Assembly (NCBI RefSeq): GCF_963921235.1
Contig: NC_086097.1
Location: 253,024,001-253,088,000 of the forward strand
Origin: Mobula hypostoma
Lineage: Eukaryota
Reading direction: 5' to 3'
DNA length: 64,000 bases
The position numbers and the translations under genes are program-made. Every line of letters starts with the position of its first letter. Positions within the stretch are counted from its first letter, which is position 1. Below are positions 12,000 through 24,129 of this stretch, one piece after another. Under the pieces are notes generated by a model. The model worked only from the letters and a program-made list of their open reading frames with translations, did no database searches and was not told the origin of the DNA.

Positions 12000-14065
12000 G
12001 AGGGCCAACATAAGCCTTAAAGCTCTTTGCTTCCTTCTCAATAAAAGAGCCAACCAGTTCCCTACCACCACCACCCTCCTCTGTCCAGCAGAACTGGTCC
12101 TCACCCTCAACAATTTCTCCTTCCGCTCCTCCCACTTTCTCCAGACTCAACAGGTTGCCATGGGCAATCATGTCAGCCCCAGCTATGCCTGCCTTTTCAA
12201 TAGCTACGTAGAACAGTCCATGTTCTAAGCCTTTCCTGATATCGCTCCCCAACTTTTCCTCCACTACATTGACAACAGCTTCATGCACCCATGCTGCTTG
12301 TCAATTTCATCGACTTTGCCACCAGTGTCCACCCTGCCCCTACATTCACTTAGTTCATTTCTGACAACTCCCTCTTCTTTCTCGATCTCTGGCTCCACTT
12401 CAACCAACATCTTTTATAAACCTCTTGATTTTCATGGCTACCTTGACTAAATATCTTTTCACGTTGTCTCCTACGAAAATGCTATTCCCTTTTCTCAGTT
12501 CCTTCATCACCACTGCATCTGTTCCCAAGATGAGGCTTTCCTCTGCAGGACATTAGAGATGTCCTCTTTCTTCAAAGAATGGGTTTCCCTTCCTCCAACA
12601 GTGAGGCGCATCTCCTCCGCCTTAACAGGGATAGAGCTCCTCTTGTCCTTACCTACCACCCCATGAAGCTCCACTTCCTCTGCAACGTCTGCCATCTCCA
12701 AAGGGACCCTACCACCAAACACATCTTTACCTTCCACCCCCTCACTCTCCATTTTCTGCAATGATTTCTCCCTCCACAATTCCCTTGTCTATTCATCCCT
12801 CCCTATTAATCTCCATCCTGGCAGTTAACCCTGCCCATTCACCTCCTCCCTCACCTCCATTCAGGGCCCCAAGCAGTCCTTCCAGATGAGGCATCACTTC
12901 ACCTGCAGATCAGCTGGGGTTGTCTATTGTATCCAATGCTCCCAATGAAGCCTTCTCTACATTGGAGAGACCCATTGCAAGTTGAGGGGTGGGGGGGTCC
13001 ATCTCGTCAAGCACTTTCACTCCATAAGACCATAAGACATGGGAACAGAATTAGGCCATCTGGCCCATTGAGTCTGCTCCTCCATTCAAACATGGCTGAT
13101 CCTTTTTTACTATCTCCTCCTCAACCCCAGTTCCCGGCCTTCTCCCCATAAACTTTGATGCCATGTCCAATCAAGAACCTATCAATCTCTTCCTTAAATA
13201 CACCCAATGACCTGGCCTCCACAGCTACTTGTGGCAACAAATTCTACAAGTTCACCAGCCTTTGGCTAAAGATATTTCTCCACATGTCTGATTTAAAAGG
13301 GCACCCCTCTATCCTGAGGCTGTGCCCTGTTGTCCTAGACTCTCCCACCATGGGAAACATCCTTTCATCTACTCTGTCTAGGCCTTTCAACATTTGAGAA
13401 GTTTCAATGAGATTCCCCCCTCATCCTTCTGAATTCCAGCTAGTACAGACCCAGAGCCATCAAATGTTCTTCGTATGATAAACCTTTCATTCCTGGAATC
13501 ATCATTGTGAACCGCCTCTGGACCCTCTCCAATGCCAGCACGTCTTGTCTAAGATGAGGGGCCCAAAACTGTTCACAATACTCAAGGTGAGGCCTCACCA
13601 GTGCCTTATAAAGCCTCAGCATCAGTTCCACCAAAAGCAGAACTACCTGGTGTCCGAACATTTTAAATCCAATTCCCATTCCCATTCTGACATGTTGGTC
13701 TTGTGCCATGACAAGGAGACACTCAGCATGGATGAGCAACCGCTTATATTCTGGCTGGGTAGCTTCCAACCTGATGGCATGAATATCTATTTCTCCTTTC
13801 TGTAAAAACAAATCTATCCCTCCCCTCCTCTCTTCTTCTATTCCCCACTCTGGCCTCGTACCTCTTCTCACCTGCCTACCACCTCCCCTGGGGTCCCCTT
13901 TCTCCTACAGTCCACTCTCCTCTCCTATCAGATTCCTTCTCTCCAGCCTTTGACCTTTCCCACCCACCTGGCCTCACCTATCACATTCTAGCTATCCTCC
14001 TTCCCCTCCCCCCTCACCATTTTATTCTAGCAGCTTCCCCCCTTCCTTTCCAGTCCTGACGAAGC
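12000..14065 (+). mobile_element. Degenerate Penelope-like retroelement (RT + GIY-YIG), interrupted by CR1 at 13022-13622
   Basis: 'ELVLTLNNFSF...VAMG...SPSYACLF' RT motif; 'GVVYCIQCS-*SLLYIGET' GIY-YIG at ~12915-12972; ORF end 'LGSFQPDGMNI'; stops inside the hammerhead core (cagtcctgacgaag). Confidence 0.8.
13022..13622 (-). mobile_element. CR1 LINE 3' fragment nested in the Penelope element
   Basis: 'LYKALVRPHLEYCEQFWAP...ERVQRRFT'; (tcttatgg)n tail. Confidence 0.85.
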
Positions 14066-14434
14066 TGATGAGAGGTGGTAGGTAGGTGAGGAGAGGAGGT
14101 GGAGGGAAGCCTGAGTGGGGAATAGAAGAAGAGCGTCTATAGGATTTGTGCTTTCGAACCGTCTGTGCAGCCCAGCACGTTTGTGTAATCCTGAAGTATT
14201 TCCTGAACTGGACTGTCAAGAAGGCCAGCACAGCCACAGTGACCATTGTTGGAGTGAACGTGGGGTCATGTTAAACCTTTGGGCAGGATTGAAGCGGTGG
14301 GATCTGGTCCCGAGAGCAGAAAACAAACCGATGTTTAGCTGGTTTAAGCACCGAGACAGATTGAGAAGATTAAAGCGTCGAGGCTGAGAGTGAAGAGCGA
14401 ACCATAGTTCAGCTCACTAATTCATAAGACTTTA

Positions 14435-14625
14435 CTTACCTCAGCACTGATCTGGCTCTGCAAATGCGGCCTGCCAACTATCGGTACTCACCTCATGGCT
14501 GAACCTGGCTCAGTGTCTGTGGCCTGCAGCCATTGAGACTCACATCAGCGCAGGATCTGGCTTTGCAGCTGCCGCCTGCCAACTATCAGTACTCACCTCA
14601 TGGCTAAACCTGTCTCTGTGACTGT
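14435..14625. repeat. Degenerate tandem repeat, ~52-bp units in ABAB order
   Basis: ct(c/t)ac(c/a)tca anchors at 14435, 14487, 14539 and 14592. Confidence 0.7.
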
Positions 14626-15389
14626 AATTTCCTTTATTTCAGTGGAATAATGCAAATTACAATGGCATGAGAGGGGAACTGGCCAAGGTTGACTGGAAAG
14701 GGATCTGAGAGTAGGTTAAAAGGTTGGCACGACACTGGGCCTAGGGCCTGTACTGTGCAGTGATTTTCTATGTTCCATGCTTCACATTATGACTATAAGA
14801 AGGTCTTGCTATAGAAGTGTTTGAGATCCAAAACATAAATTTAATTAATGATACATTGCAATTTTCCTACGTCTCTTTGTCTCTGCTGTATTTCAACATG
14901 TGTGTTTCAAGTTTAATTTTGTTCATGTGTTTAAGTTAAATTGTTTTCAGTTTTGCTTGATTTTATCAAAAGGCAATTCTGCCAGCAGTTTTCCCCAAAA
15001 GTGAAAGCAGAATAAGACATAAAGAGCACAGGGCAGGGTTCAGAGTTAGTGGCCGATTCTGCTCTGATAGTTCTAAAGAGAAGGAGAGGAAAGTATTATT
15101 ATTTCTCACATTTGTCAGGGAGTAAAGGATCACCGTTCTAATCCCCACGTCACAGGACCACACTTTTGTACTTTTTCCCAGTAACCGTATGGATTTCCTC
15201 TGGGCTCTCTGGTTTGCCCCCACATTCTAAAGCCATACAGGTTAGTACGTTAATTGGTCACGTGGGTATAATTGGGCGATGCGGGCTGGTTGGCCATAAT
15301 GGTCTGTACCGTGCCATATTTCTAAAAGTGTTAAAAAGGTCACATAGTTAAATGCTGGAGGCATATACAGACTATCAATCACGCCTTTA

Positions 15390-15870
15390 AACAGAATCAG
15401 AATCAGGTTTATTATCACAGGCGTGTGACATGAAATTTGTTAACTTAGCAGCAGCAGCTCAATGCAATACATCATCTAGAAAAGAAAAAAGCAGTACTAA
15501 ATACAATAATAATAATAAATAAACAAGTAAATCAATTACAGAATACATGTATTGAATATATTTTTTAAAATGTGCAAAAATCAGAAATACTATATACTAA
15601 AAAAAGTGAGGTAGTGTCCAAGGGTTCAATGTCCATTTAGAAAACGGACGGCAGAGGGGAAGAAGCTCTTCCTGAATTGCTGAGTGTGTGCCTTCAGGCT
15701 TCTGTACCTCCTACCTGGTGGTAACAGTGAGAAAAAGACATGCCCTGGGTGCTGGAGGTCATTAATAATGGATGCTGCCTTTCTGAGACACTGCTCCCTA
15801 AAGATGTCCTGGGTACTTTGTAAGCTAGTGCCCAAGATGGAGCTGACTAGATTTATAACCTTCTGCAGCT
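15390..15870 (-). mobile_element. Rex1/Babar-type LINE 3' fragment
   Basis: 'CLRKAASIINDLQHPGHVFFSLLPPGRRYRSLKAHT'; (attctg)n tail. Confidence 0.75.
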
Positions 15871-15879
15871 TCATGAAAT

Positions 15880-17860
15880 TAAGATCATAAGACATAGGAA
15901 CAGATTTCAGTGATTTGGCCCATTGAATCTGCTCCACTATTCCATCATGGATGATTTATTATCCATCTGAACCCCATTCTCCTACCTTCTCCCTGTAACC
16001 TTTGACGCCCTGACTAATCAAGAAACAATCAACCTCCACTTTAAGTACACTCAGTGACTTGGCCTCAATAGCTGCCCATGGCAATGAATTCCACAAATTC
16101 ACCACCATCTGGTTAAAGATATTCCTCCTCATCTCTGATCTACATGGATGCCCCTCTATTCTACGGCTGTGCCCTCTGGTCCTAGGCTCCCCACAACAGA
16201 GAACGCCCTCTCCATTTGGTAAGAACTCAATTTATGTAACTCTGGTAGATGGCTGGTTCAATGTCCAGAAAAGAGTGGAAATCTCATTATTCTAGGTCCC
16301 TATATATCTTACAGGGCCCCTGCCTCCTTTCATGGTTTACAACACATCTTGTAAGTGAGGACTGATCACCGATAGCAGACAGAAAAAAATGTATTTCTGA
16401 AGGAAGGTATCATTTTAAAAAATGTTCCAAACATCTCAAGAGGTACGTGGATTTAGAACATAAAACACGGAACATTACAACACAGTACAGGACCTTCAGC
16501 CCATCACGTCATGCCAACTTGTTAACCTACTCTAAAATTAATCTAACCTTTCTTCCCATCGAGCCCTCCATTCTTCTGTCATCAATGTGCCTATCTAAGA
16601 GAAAAACTCCATTTCACTCAACCTATCCTCATAAGACATCGAATCTGCTCCACTATTCCATCATGGCTGATTCTAATCCAGGCAGCATCCTGGGAAATCT
16701 CCTCTGCACCCTCTCTAAAGCTTCCACATCTTTCCTATAATGAGGTGACCAGAACTGAACACAATATTCCAGGTTGGTCCAACCAGGGTTTTATAGAATT
16801 GCAACATTACCTCATGACTCTTGAACTCAATCCCCTGACTGATGAAGGCCAACATTCCTTCTCAATCACCCTATTGCACAGCAACTTTGAGCGATGTATG
16901 AGGTGGACTGCAAGATCCCTCTGTTCCTCCACACTGCTAAGATTTCTGATGTTAACCCTATTTTGTGCCTTCAAATTCAACCCTCCGAGGTGAATCAGTT
17001 CACATTTTTCTGGGTTGAACTGCATCTGCCACTGCTCAGCCCAGATCAGCCTTCTTTCAATGTGTTATTGTAAACTACGCCGACCTCTTACACTATCCAC
17101 AGCTCCACCAACCTTCAGGCCATCTACAGATTTGCTAGGCCATGATATGATTTGAAAGTTCTGCTTTGGCAAATCTGTGTGGAGGGAAATTGTATGACCA
17201 TAAAAAAAGGATCAGCCATGGCAGAGCAGACTTGATGGGCCAAATGGCCTAACTCTACTCCTATGTCTTATGGTCTTATAAGTCCACAAGACCATAAGAC
17301 ATAGGAGTAGAATTAAGCCATCTGGCCCATTGTCTCTGATCCATCATTCCACCATGGCTGATTTATTATCCCTCTTAGCACCATTCACCTGCCTTCTCTC
17401 CATAACCTTTGATGCCCTTATTAATTAAGAACCTATCAACCTCCACCTAAAATATACCCAATGACAGCCTCCGCAGTCATCGATGGCAATGAATTCTACA
17501 ACTTCACCACCCTCTGGCTAAAGAAATTCATCCTCATCTCTGTTCTAAATGGACATCCCTCAATTCTGAGGCTGTGCCCACTGGTCCTAGACTCTCCCAC
17601 TACGTAGAGAAAACATCCTCTCCACATCCACTCTATCTAGGCCTTTCAATATTCAATAGGTTTTAATGAGATTCCACCTCCCCCCCACCGTATTCTTCAG
17701 TGAGTACACCCCCAGAGTCATCAAACTCTTTCCTTATGTTAACTCTTTCATTCCCGGCAGCCAACCAGAACAGACGGCCTTTATTTTTACTCTTTGTTTC
17801 CTGCCAGTCAGCCGATCTTCTATCCACGCTGGTATCGTTCCTGTAGGTCCATAGGCTCTT
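15880..17860 (-). mobile_element. Cluster of decayed CR1 3' fragments
   Basis: Several separate CR1 3' UTR/tail starts (~15880, ~16455, ~17288) with C-terminal RT remnants. Confidence 0.75.
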
Positions 17861-19395
17861 ACCTTGTCTTTGGCATGTTTTGATCAGCAGAGTACATTTA
17901 GCTACCAGAGAATTACTTGTAACAGCAGTAAAAGTGGAATCACTCGAGCTGAGTATGGTGTTCTCCCAGATGGTTGTCTATTGGTGGGTCCTCAGGTGGA
18001 GAACGCCTGTTGAAAGTGGACAGCCATCACACAGTCTTTGACAGATCGGGGTCAGGGTCCTGTGGCATCAAATGCAAGTCGACTTCACTGCCATTGTGAT
18101 GTACCGTCACCTTCTCCCAGCTCCCTTGTTGAGGTCTTTGTCTGGAAACTCGCCCTTGACTTTGGGTGACCCTGGGTGACCCAGGCAGCGTCTCTCAGGA
18201 TCTCCGGAACTCACAGCTCCATCATGAAAAGGTGACAGTCATTGGAGAATTATTTGTATTCACAACCCCATAAAAATGAAGCATCCTGACACCAACTCTG
18301 CAAGCTGCATCAGGAGGGGGGTCAGGTGTGATCAGTTTGTAAATGCTGAGATACACCCTGAAATTCACATTCCACCAGCAAGTACATATTCGGGGGATCT
18401 CAGAGGGAGAGTAGAGGGTGCGTGGAACACCCAGCCAGGGCTGGTGGTAGAGACAGACACATCAAGGACATTTAACGAACTCTTAGCTAAGCACATGGTC
18501 GGTAGAAAAATGGAGGGCTGTGTGGGAGGAAAGGGTTAGATTGAACTTAGAACAGGTTAAAAGGTCAGCACAACATTGTGGGCCAAAGGGCCTGTACTGT
18601 GTTCTATGTTCTATATTAAAGTTGCATATCCATTCTGATATTTGTATGCATATTTGGGTTTAAGACCAGTCAAAAACACTTTAAGAACCATTGTATATTT
18701 CTGGACCCCATAGCTGGACAGTGAAAAACTCCTCGTGTTTTGTTCCTATAGCGCCACGCTAGCGAGACGGTGTCAGAATCAGAATCAAAATCAGGTTTAT
18801 TATCACCGGCCTGTGACGTGAAATTTATTAACTTAGCAGCAGCAGTTCAATGCAATACATAATCTAGAAGAGAAAAATAAAATAAAAATAATAATAAATA
18901 AATAAATAAATAAATGGCAGTATACATATATTGAATAGATTTAAAAAAGGGATTAAAAAAACAGAAATACTGTATATTTTTAAAAAGGTAGTGTTCAATG
19001 TCACAGCTTTGGGCATTCTGGTGTTCTCGAGTTCAGAGTTCAATTCCAGCGCCATTCAGTAAGGGGTTTGTATGTCCTCCCCGTGGAATGTGTGGGTGCT
19101 GCACTTTCCTTCCCCGATCTAAAGCCGGCCCATGATTGGGATTGGGTTAGGGTTAATGGGCTTCGTCAGGTGCTGCTGGAGCGGCCTGGCTCCAGGGGCC
19201 AGATGGCCCTACTCCACAATGTATTGTAAAATAAATCCACAAAAATAAAATAAGTTATAGAGTGCATTGAAACAGAACTCAGGAAAAGAATAACTAGAGG
19301 AACACAACACAAAGCACTGGTGAAACTCAGCAGGTCAGGCAGCATCAATGGAAATGAATAAACAAAGGTTCAAAGGTTCATTTATTGTCAAAGTA

Positions 19396-19853
19396 CGAGG
19401 GGTGATTGATAAGTTTGTGGCCTAAGGTAGAAGGAGATGAGTTATTAACTTCAAACTTTCTGCATTATCACTCAAAGAGTTGAATGGCACGTGCATGTAA
19501 TGAGAGCTGTAGAATTCATCTCCTTCTACCTTAGGCCACGAAAATATCAATCACCCCTGCTGTGGACCACCTGGAGGTCCAAGATGCTCTCGTTACATGC
19601 ATGTGCAGTTCAACTCTTTGAGTGATAATGCAGAAAGTTTGAAGTTAATAACTCATCTCCTTCTACCTTAGGCCACGAACTTATCAATCACCCCTGCTAT
19701 GGACCATTTCTACAAAGAAGGGATCCGTATGCTCCACGACCGCTGGACTAAGTCTGTACACATAGGAGGGGACTATGTTGAAAAATAAATGTGCTAAGTT
19801 TTGCAAAATTGACTCTTTCTTCCTTGGGCCACGAACTTATCAATCACCCCTCA
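19396..19853. mobile_element. Tc1/mariner-type MITE
   Basis: TA|CGAGGGGTGATTGATAAGTT left TIR; reverse complement at 19822-19853; no coding capacity; right TA not cleanly preserved. Confidence 0.8.
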
Positions 19854-20126
19854 GATACAACTCTGAAATTCTTCTTCTCCAGATAGCCACAAAACCAAGA
19901 AAGAAAAGAATGGCAGCAGGATCATCAACCGCCAAATCCCCCTCCCCACAAAAAATGAACAAAAACAGAACAGGCATATCAACCCCCAAATCCCCCTCCC
20001 ACGCACAGCAAAAAATGAGAAACATCGGCTGAAAAACACAGACTGAAAAAATGTCTATGGTACAAGCTGGATAGAAAACCTGGATAACATTCTCCAGGCA
20101 CAAAGGCAGACCTTTCTCTGTCATGC

Positions 20127-21212
20127 AGCAGAGCGATCCCACCAGAAATCAAAAGGCAATCTCTACTCTCCAATAGCAGAGCAATCCCACCAGAAATCAA
20201 AAGGCAATCTCTACTCTCCAATAGCAGAGCAATCCCACCAGAAATCAAAAGGCAATCTCTACTCTCCAATAGCAGAGCAATCCCACCAGAAATCAAAAGG
20301 CAGTCTCCTTCTCCAATAGCAGAGTGATCCCACCAGAAATCAAAAGGCAATCTCTACTCTCCAATAGCAGAGTGATCCCACCAGAAATCAAAAGGCAGTC
20401 TCTACTCTCCAATAGCAGAGTGATCCCACCAGAAATCAAAAGGCAATCTCTACTCTCCAATAGCAGAGCGATCCCACCAGAAATCAAAAGGCAATCTCTA
20501 CTCTCCAATAGCAGAGCGATCCCACCAGAAATCAAAAGGCAATCTCTACTCTCCAATAGCAGAGCGATCCCACCAGAAATCAAAAGGCAATCTCTACTCT
20601 CCAATAGCAGAGCGATCCCACCAGAAATCAAAAGGCAATCTCTACTCTCCAATAGCAGAGCGATCCCACCAGAAATCAAAAGGCAATCTCTACTCTCCAA
20701 TAGCAGAGCGATCCCACCAGAAATCAAAAGGCAATCTCTACTCTCCAATAGCAGAGCAATCCCACCAGAAATCAAAAGGCAATCTCTACTCTCCAATAGC
20801 AGAGCGATCCCACCAGAAATCAAAAGGCAATCTCTACTCTCCAATAGCAGAGCGATCCCACCAGAAATCAAAAGGCAATCTCTACTCTCCAATAGCAGAG
20901 CAATCCCACCAGAAATCAAAAGGCAATCTCTACTCTCCAATAGCAGAGCAATCCCACCAGAAATCAAAAGGCAATCTCTACTCTCCAATAGCAGAGTGAT
21001 CCCACCAGAAATCAAAAGGCAGTCTCTACTCTCCAATAGCAGAGTGATCCCACCAGAAATCAAAAGGCAATCTCTACTCTCCAATAGCAGAGCAATCCCA
21101 CCAGAAATCAAAAGGCATTCTCTACTCTCCAATAGCAGAGTGATCCCACCAGAAATCAGAAGTCAGTCTTTCCCTTCCATCACAGAGTGATCCCACCAGT
21201 AATGAAAAGTCA
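20127..21212. repeat. 48-bp minisatellite, ~22 copies plus a degenerate last unit
   Basis: Unit agcagag(cg/ca/tg)atcccaccagaaatcaaaaggcaatctctactctccaat; starts at 20127, 20175, 20223, 20271, 20318 (one 47-bp unit) ... 21134. Confidence 0.98.
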
Positions 21213-21599
21213 TTGAGCCGGTAGTCACCTTCCGCATTTGCCTCGATGATTCAATCTCCCTCATCGCTTTAATCATTGAATAATGGAGCTTTAATTGGCA
21301 AAATGCAGTTGAACGTCGCTCATGCCCCGTCCCACAACTTTCTCACCACAAGGATTGCTCACGCTGCCTCTGCCCTCCAGAATCATTCAGAGACTGCAGA
21401 GCACTGAAACACCCAAACTATCTCCAAACTGCAAATCACAGGCTCCAACAGTTCCAGAATCACAAGCAAGGTGAAAAACAAATGCAGAAGACATAAAAGA
21501 GGTTTCATGATCTATCCAGAAGGAGTATTGTATGCAGGCACCATCTTGACCAGATGATGTTTCCAGTGAAGATGGCGTTCACGTACAACGCTCCTTTGA

Positions 21600-22040
21600 C
21601 GCTTCGGAACGGTAGGTGCTTCAGGCCGAGACCCCTCTTCAGGACTGAGAGGGAAGGGGGAAGATGCCAGAATAAAAAGGTGGGGGGAGGGGAAGGAGGA
21701 TAGCTAGGAGGTGATAGGTAAATCCAGGTAGGTAGGAAAGAGAAAGGTAACACCCACAAAATGCTGGAGAAACTCAACAGGTCAGGCAACATCTCGGAAA
21801 AGATAAAGGGCTGGACAGGAAGTAATCGGATAGGAGAGAAAGTGAACCATAGGAGAAAGGGGAGGAGGAGTGGAATCAGGGAAGGTGAGAGGAGGTAAAA
21901 GGCCAGAGTGGGGAATAGAAGAAGGGGGTAGGGGGAAGGAAATCTTTTTACTGGAAGAAGAAATTGATATTCATGCCATCAGGCTGAAGGTTACCCAGAT
22001 GGAATATAACGTGTTGCTGCTCCACCCTGAGGGTAGCCTC
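21600..22040 (-). mobile_element. Penelope-like 3' end / pseudo-LTR
   Basis: 'EATLRVEQQHVIFHLGNLQPDGMNINF'; decayed hammerhead at ~21612-21647. Confidence 0.7.
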
Positions 22041-22044
22041 AATT

Positions 22045-23596
22045 AAGACGATATGACCATAAGATATAGGAGCAGATTTAGCCCATCGAGTCTGCTTCAC
22101 CATTTTATCATGGCTGATCTGTTTTTCCTCGCAGCCCCAATCTCCTCCCTTACCTTTGTATCTGTTCATGCTCTGATCAATCAAGAATCTATCAATGTCT
22201 GCCTTAAATACACATAAAGATTTGGCCAAAACAGCTGCCTGTGGCAAAGAAATCCACAGATTGACCACTCTCTGGCTAAAGAAATTCCTCCACATCTCCA
22301 TTCTAAAAGGACACCCCTCTATTCTGAGACTGTACCCTCTGGTTTCAGACTCTCCCACCACAGGAAACATCCTCTCCACATCCACTCTATCAAGGCCTTT
22401 CACCGTTCGATAGGTTTCAATGAGGTCACCTTCATTTTTCTGAATCCTGGTGAATACAGGCACAGAGCCATCAAATGCTTGTCATACAACAAGCCATTCA
22501 ATCCTGGAATCATTTTTGTGAGCCTCCTTTGAACCCTCTCCAATGTAAGCACATCCTTTTTAAGGTAAGCAGCCCGAAACTGCTGACAATACTCCAAGTC
22601 GGGCCTTACCAGTGCTTTATAAAGTCTCAACTTTACATCCTTGTTTTTATATTCTAGTCCTCTTGAAATGAATGCTAACATTGCATTTGCCTTCCTCACC
22701 ACAGACTGGTGGCGCAATGGCATCAGTGCTGGACGTCGGAGCAAAGGGTCCTGAGTTCGAATACAAGTCGGGCCACCCCCCGAGCACGCTTTTCATTCGT
22801 GCCGGGTTGAGCGTCGAGCTAGCCACTTGGCCTTGTAAAAAAAAGGGTCGAGTCAGGAACGTTCATATTGTGACCCAGTTAATCGGAAAGGAGACCAATC
22901 CTGACACCACGCCAGACAAGAATAGCTGACTGTCTGGTGCGACACACTAAAAAAAACACAGACTCAATCTGCTAATTAACCTCCAGGGAATCCTGCTAAA
23001 AGACTCCCAAGTCCCTTTGCACATCAGTTTTTGAAATTTTTCTCTCTATTCAGAAAATAGTCCATTTTTAAATTTTTTCTCTCAAAGTTCATGACCATAC
23101 ACTTCCTGACACTGAATTCAATCTGCCACTTCGTTGCCCTTTCTCCTAATCTGTCTAAGTCCTTCTGTAGCCTCTCCTACTTCCTCAAAACTACCTGCCC
23201 CTCTACCTGTCTTTGTATTGTCCACAAACTTTGCAACAAAGCCATCAATTCCATCATCCAAATCATTGACATATAATGTAAAAAGAATTGTTCCCACAGA
23301 CCCCTGTGGGACACCAGTAGTCACTGGCAGCCAGCCAGAAAAGGTTCCCTTTATTCCCACTCATTGCCTCCTGCCAATCAGCCACTGCTTTATCCATGCT
23401 AGAATCTTCCCTGTAATACCATGGGCTCGTCGCGTGTTAAGCAGCCTCATGCATGGCTCCTTGTCAAAAGCCTTCTGAAAATCCAAATACATAACATCAA
23501 CCATTTCTCCTTTGTCTATCCTGCTTATTATTTCTTCAAAGAATGCCAACAGATTCCCAGGCAAGATTTTCCCTTGAGTAAACCATACTGACTGTG
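22045..23596 (-). mobile_element. CR1 LINE fragment interrupted by a SINE
   Basis: RT motifs in ORFs 23361-23768, 23118-23360, 22400-22744 and 21948-22463. Confidence 0.85.
22708..22956 (+). mobile_element. tRNA-derived SINE with RTE-like body
   Basis: A box TGGCGCAATGG, B box GAGTTCGAAT, A-tail, exact TSD CACAGACT (22700-22707 / 22957-22964). Confidence 0.9.
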
Positions 23597-24128
23597 GAAA
23601 AGGGGGATGGGGGAAAAAACCCAGAGGATGGGCAAGGGGTATATTCAGAGGGACAGAGGGAGAAAAAGGAGAGAGAGAGAAAGAATGTGTGTATATAAAT
23701 AAATAACGGATGGGGTAACATTGACTTCTCAAACTTCCGCTAATGCCCCACTTCCCCCCGTACTCCATCTGTTATTTATTTTTATACACACATTCTTTCT
23801 CTCTCTCTCCTTTTTCTCCCTCTGTCCCTCTCACTATACTCCTTGCCCATCCTCTGGGTTCCCCTCCCCCTTGTCTTTCTCCCCGGACCTCCTGTCCCAT
23901 GATCCTCTCATATCCCTTTTGCCAATCACCTGTCCAGCTCTTGGCTCCATCCCTCCCCCTCCTGTCTTCTCCTATCATTTTGGATCTCCCCCTCCCCCTC
24001 CCACTTTGAAATCTCTTACTAGCTCTTCTTTCAGTTAGTCCTGACGAAGGGTCTCGGCCCGAAACGCCGACTGTACCTCTTCCTAGAGATGCTGCCTGAC
24101 CTGCTGCGTTCACCAGCAACTTTGATGT
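23596..24128 (+). mobile_element. Penelope-like 3' end with inverted partial copy
   Basis: Direct part starts at ORF end 'NIDFSNFR*' (~23718); 23596-23718 is the reverse complement of ~23761-23880. Confidence 0.8.
24037..24072 (+). ncRNA. Minimal type I hammerhead ribozyme motif (cleavage triplet mutated to GCC)
   Basis: AGTC-CTGACGA-A-GGG-TCTCGG-CCC-GAAA-CGCC-GACT: stem I AGUC/GACU, core CUGANGA and GAAA, stem II GGG/CCC. Confidence 0.8.
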
Positions 24129-24129
24129 A

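Larger units (their letters stand above)
19366..21560 (-). mobile_element. Unclassified non-autonomous interspersed repeat hosting a MITE and a minisatellite
   Basis: Colinear with 49660-50145 on both sides of the MITE and through one repeat unit; (ccttgaa)-like tail; far boundary approximate. Confidence 0.6.

Noticed and set aside
20127..21212. CRISPR array, or the 279/288-aa repetitive proteins
   Set aside because: Units abut with no unique spacers, and no cas genes are present. The ORFs exist only because a 48-bp unit lacks stops in those frames.
22708..22780. tRNA genes (also ~47380, ~50470-50535, ~53815)
   Set aside because: These are SINE heads. They continue into repeat bodies with tails or TSDs and lack a complete cloverleaf.
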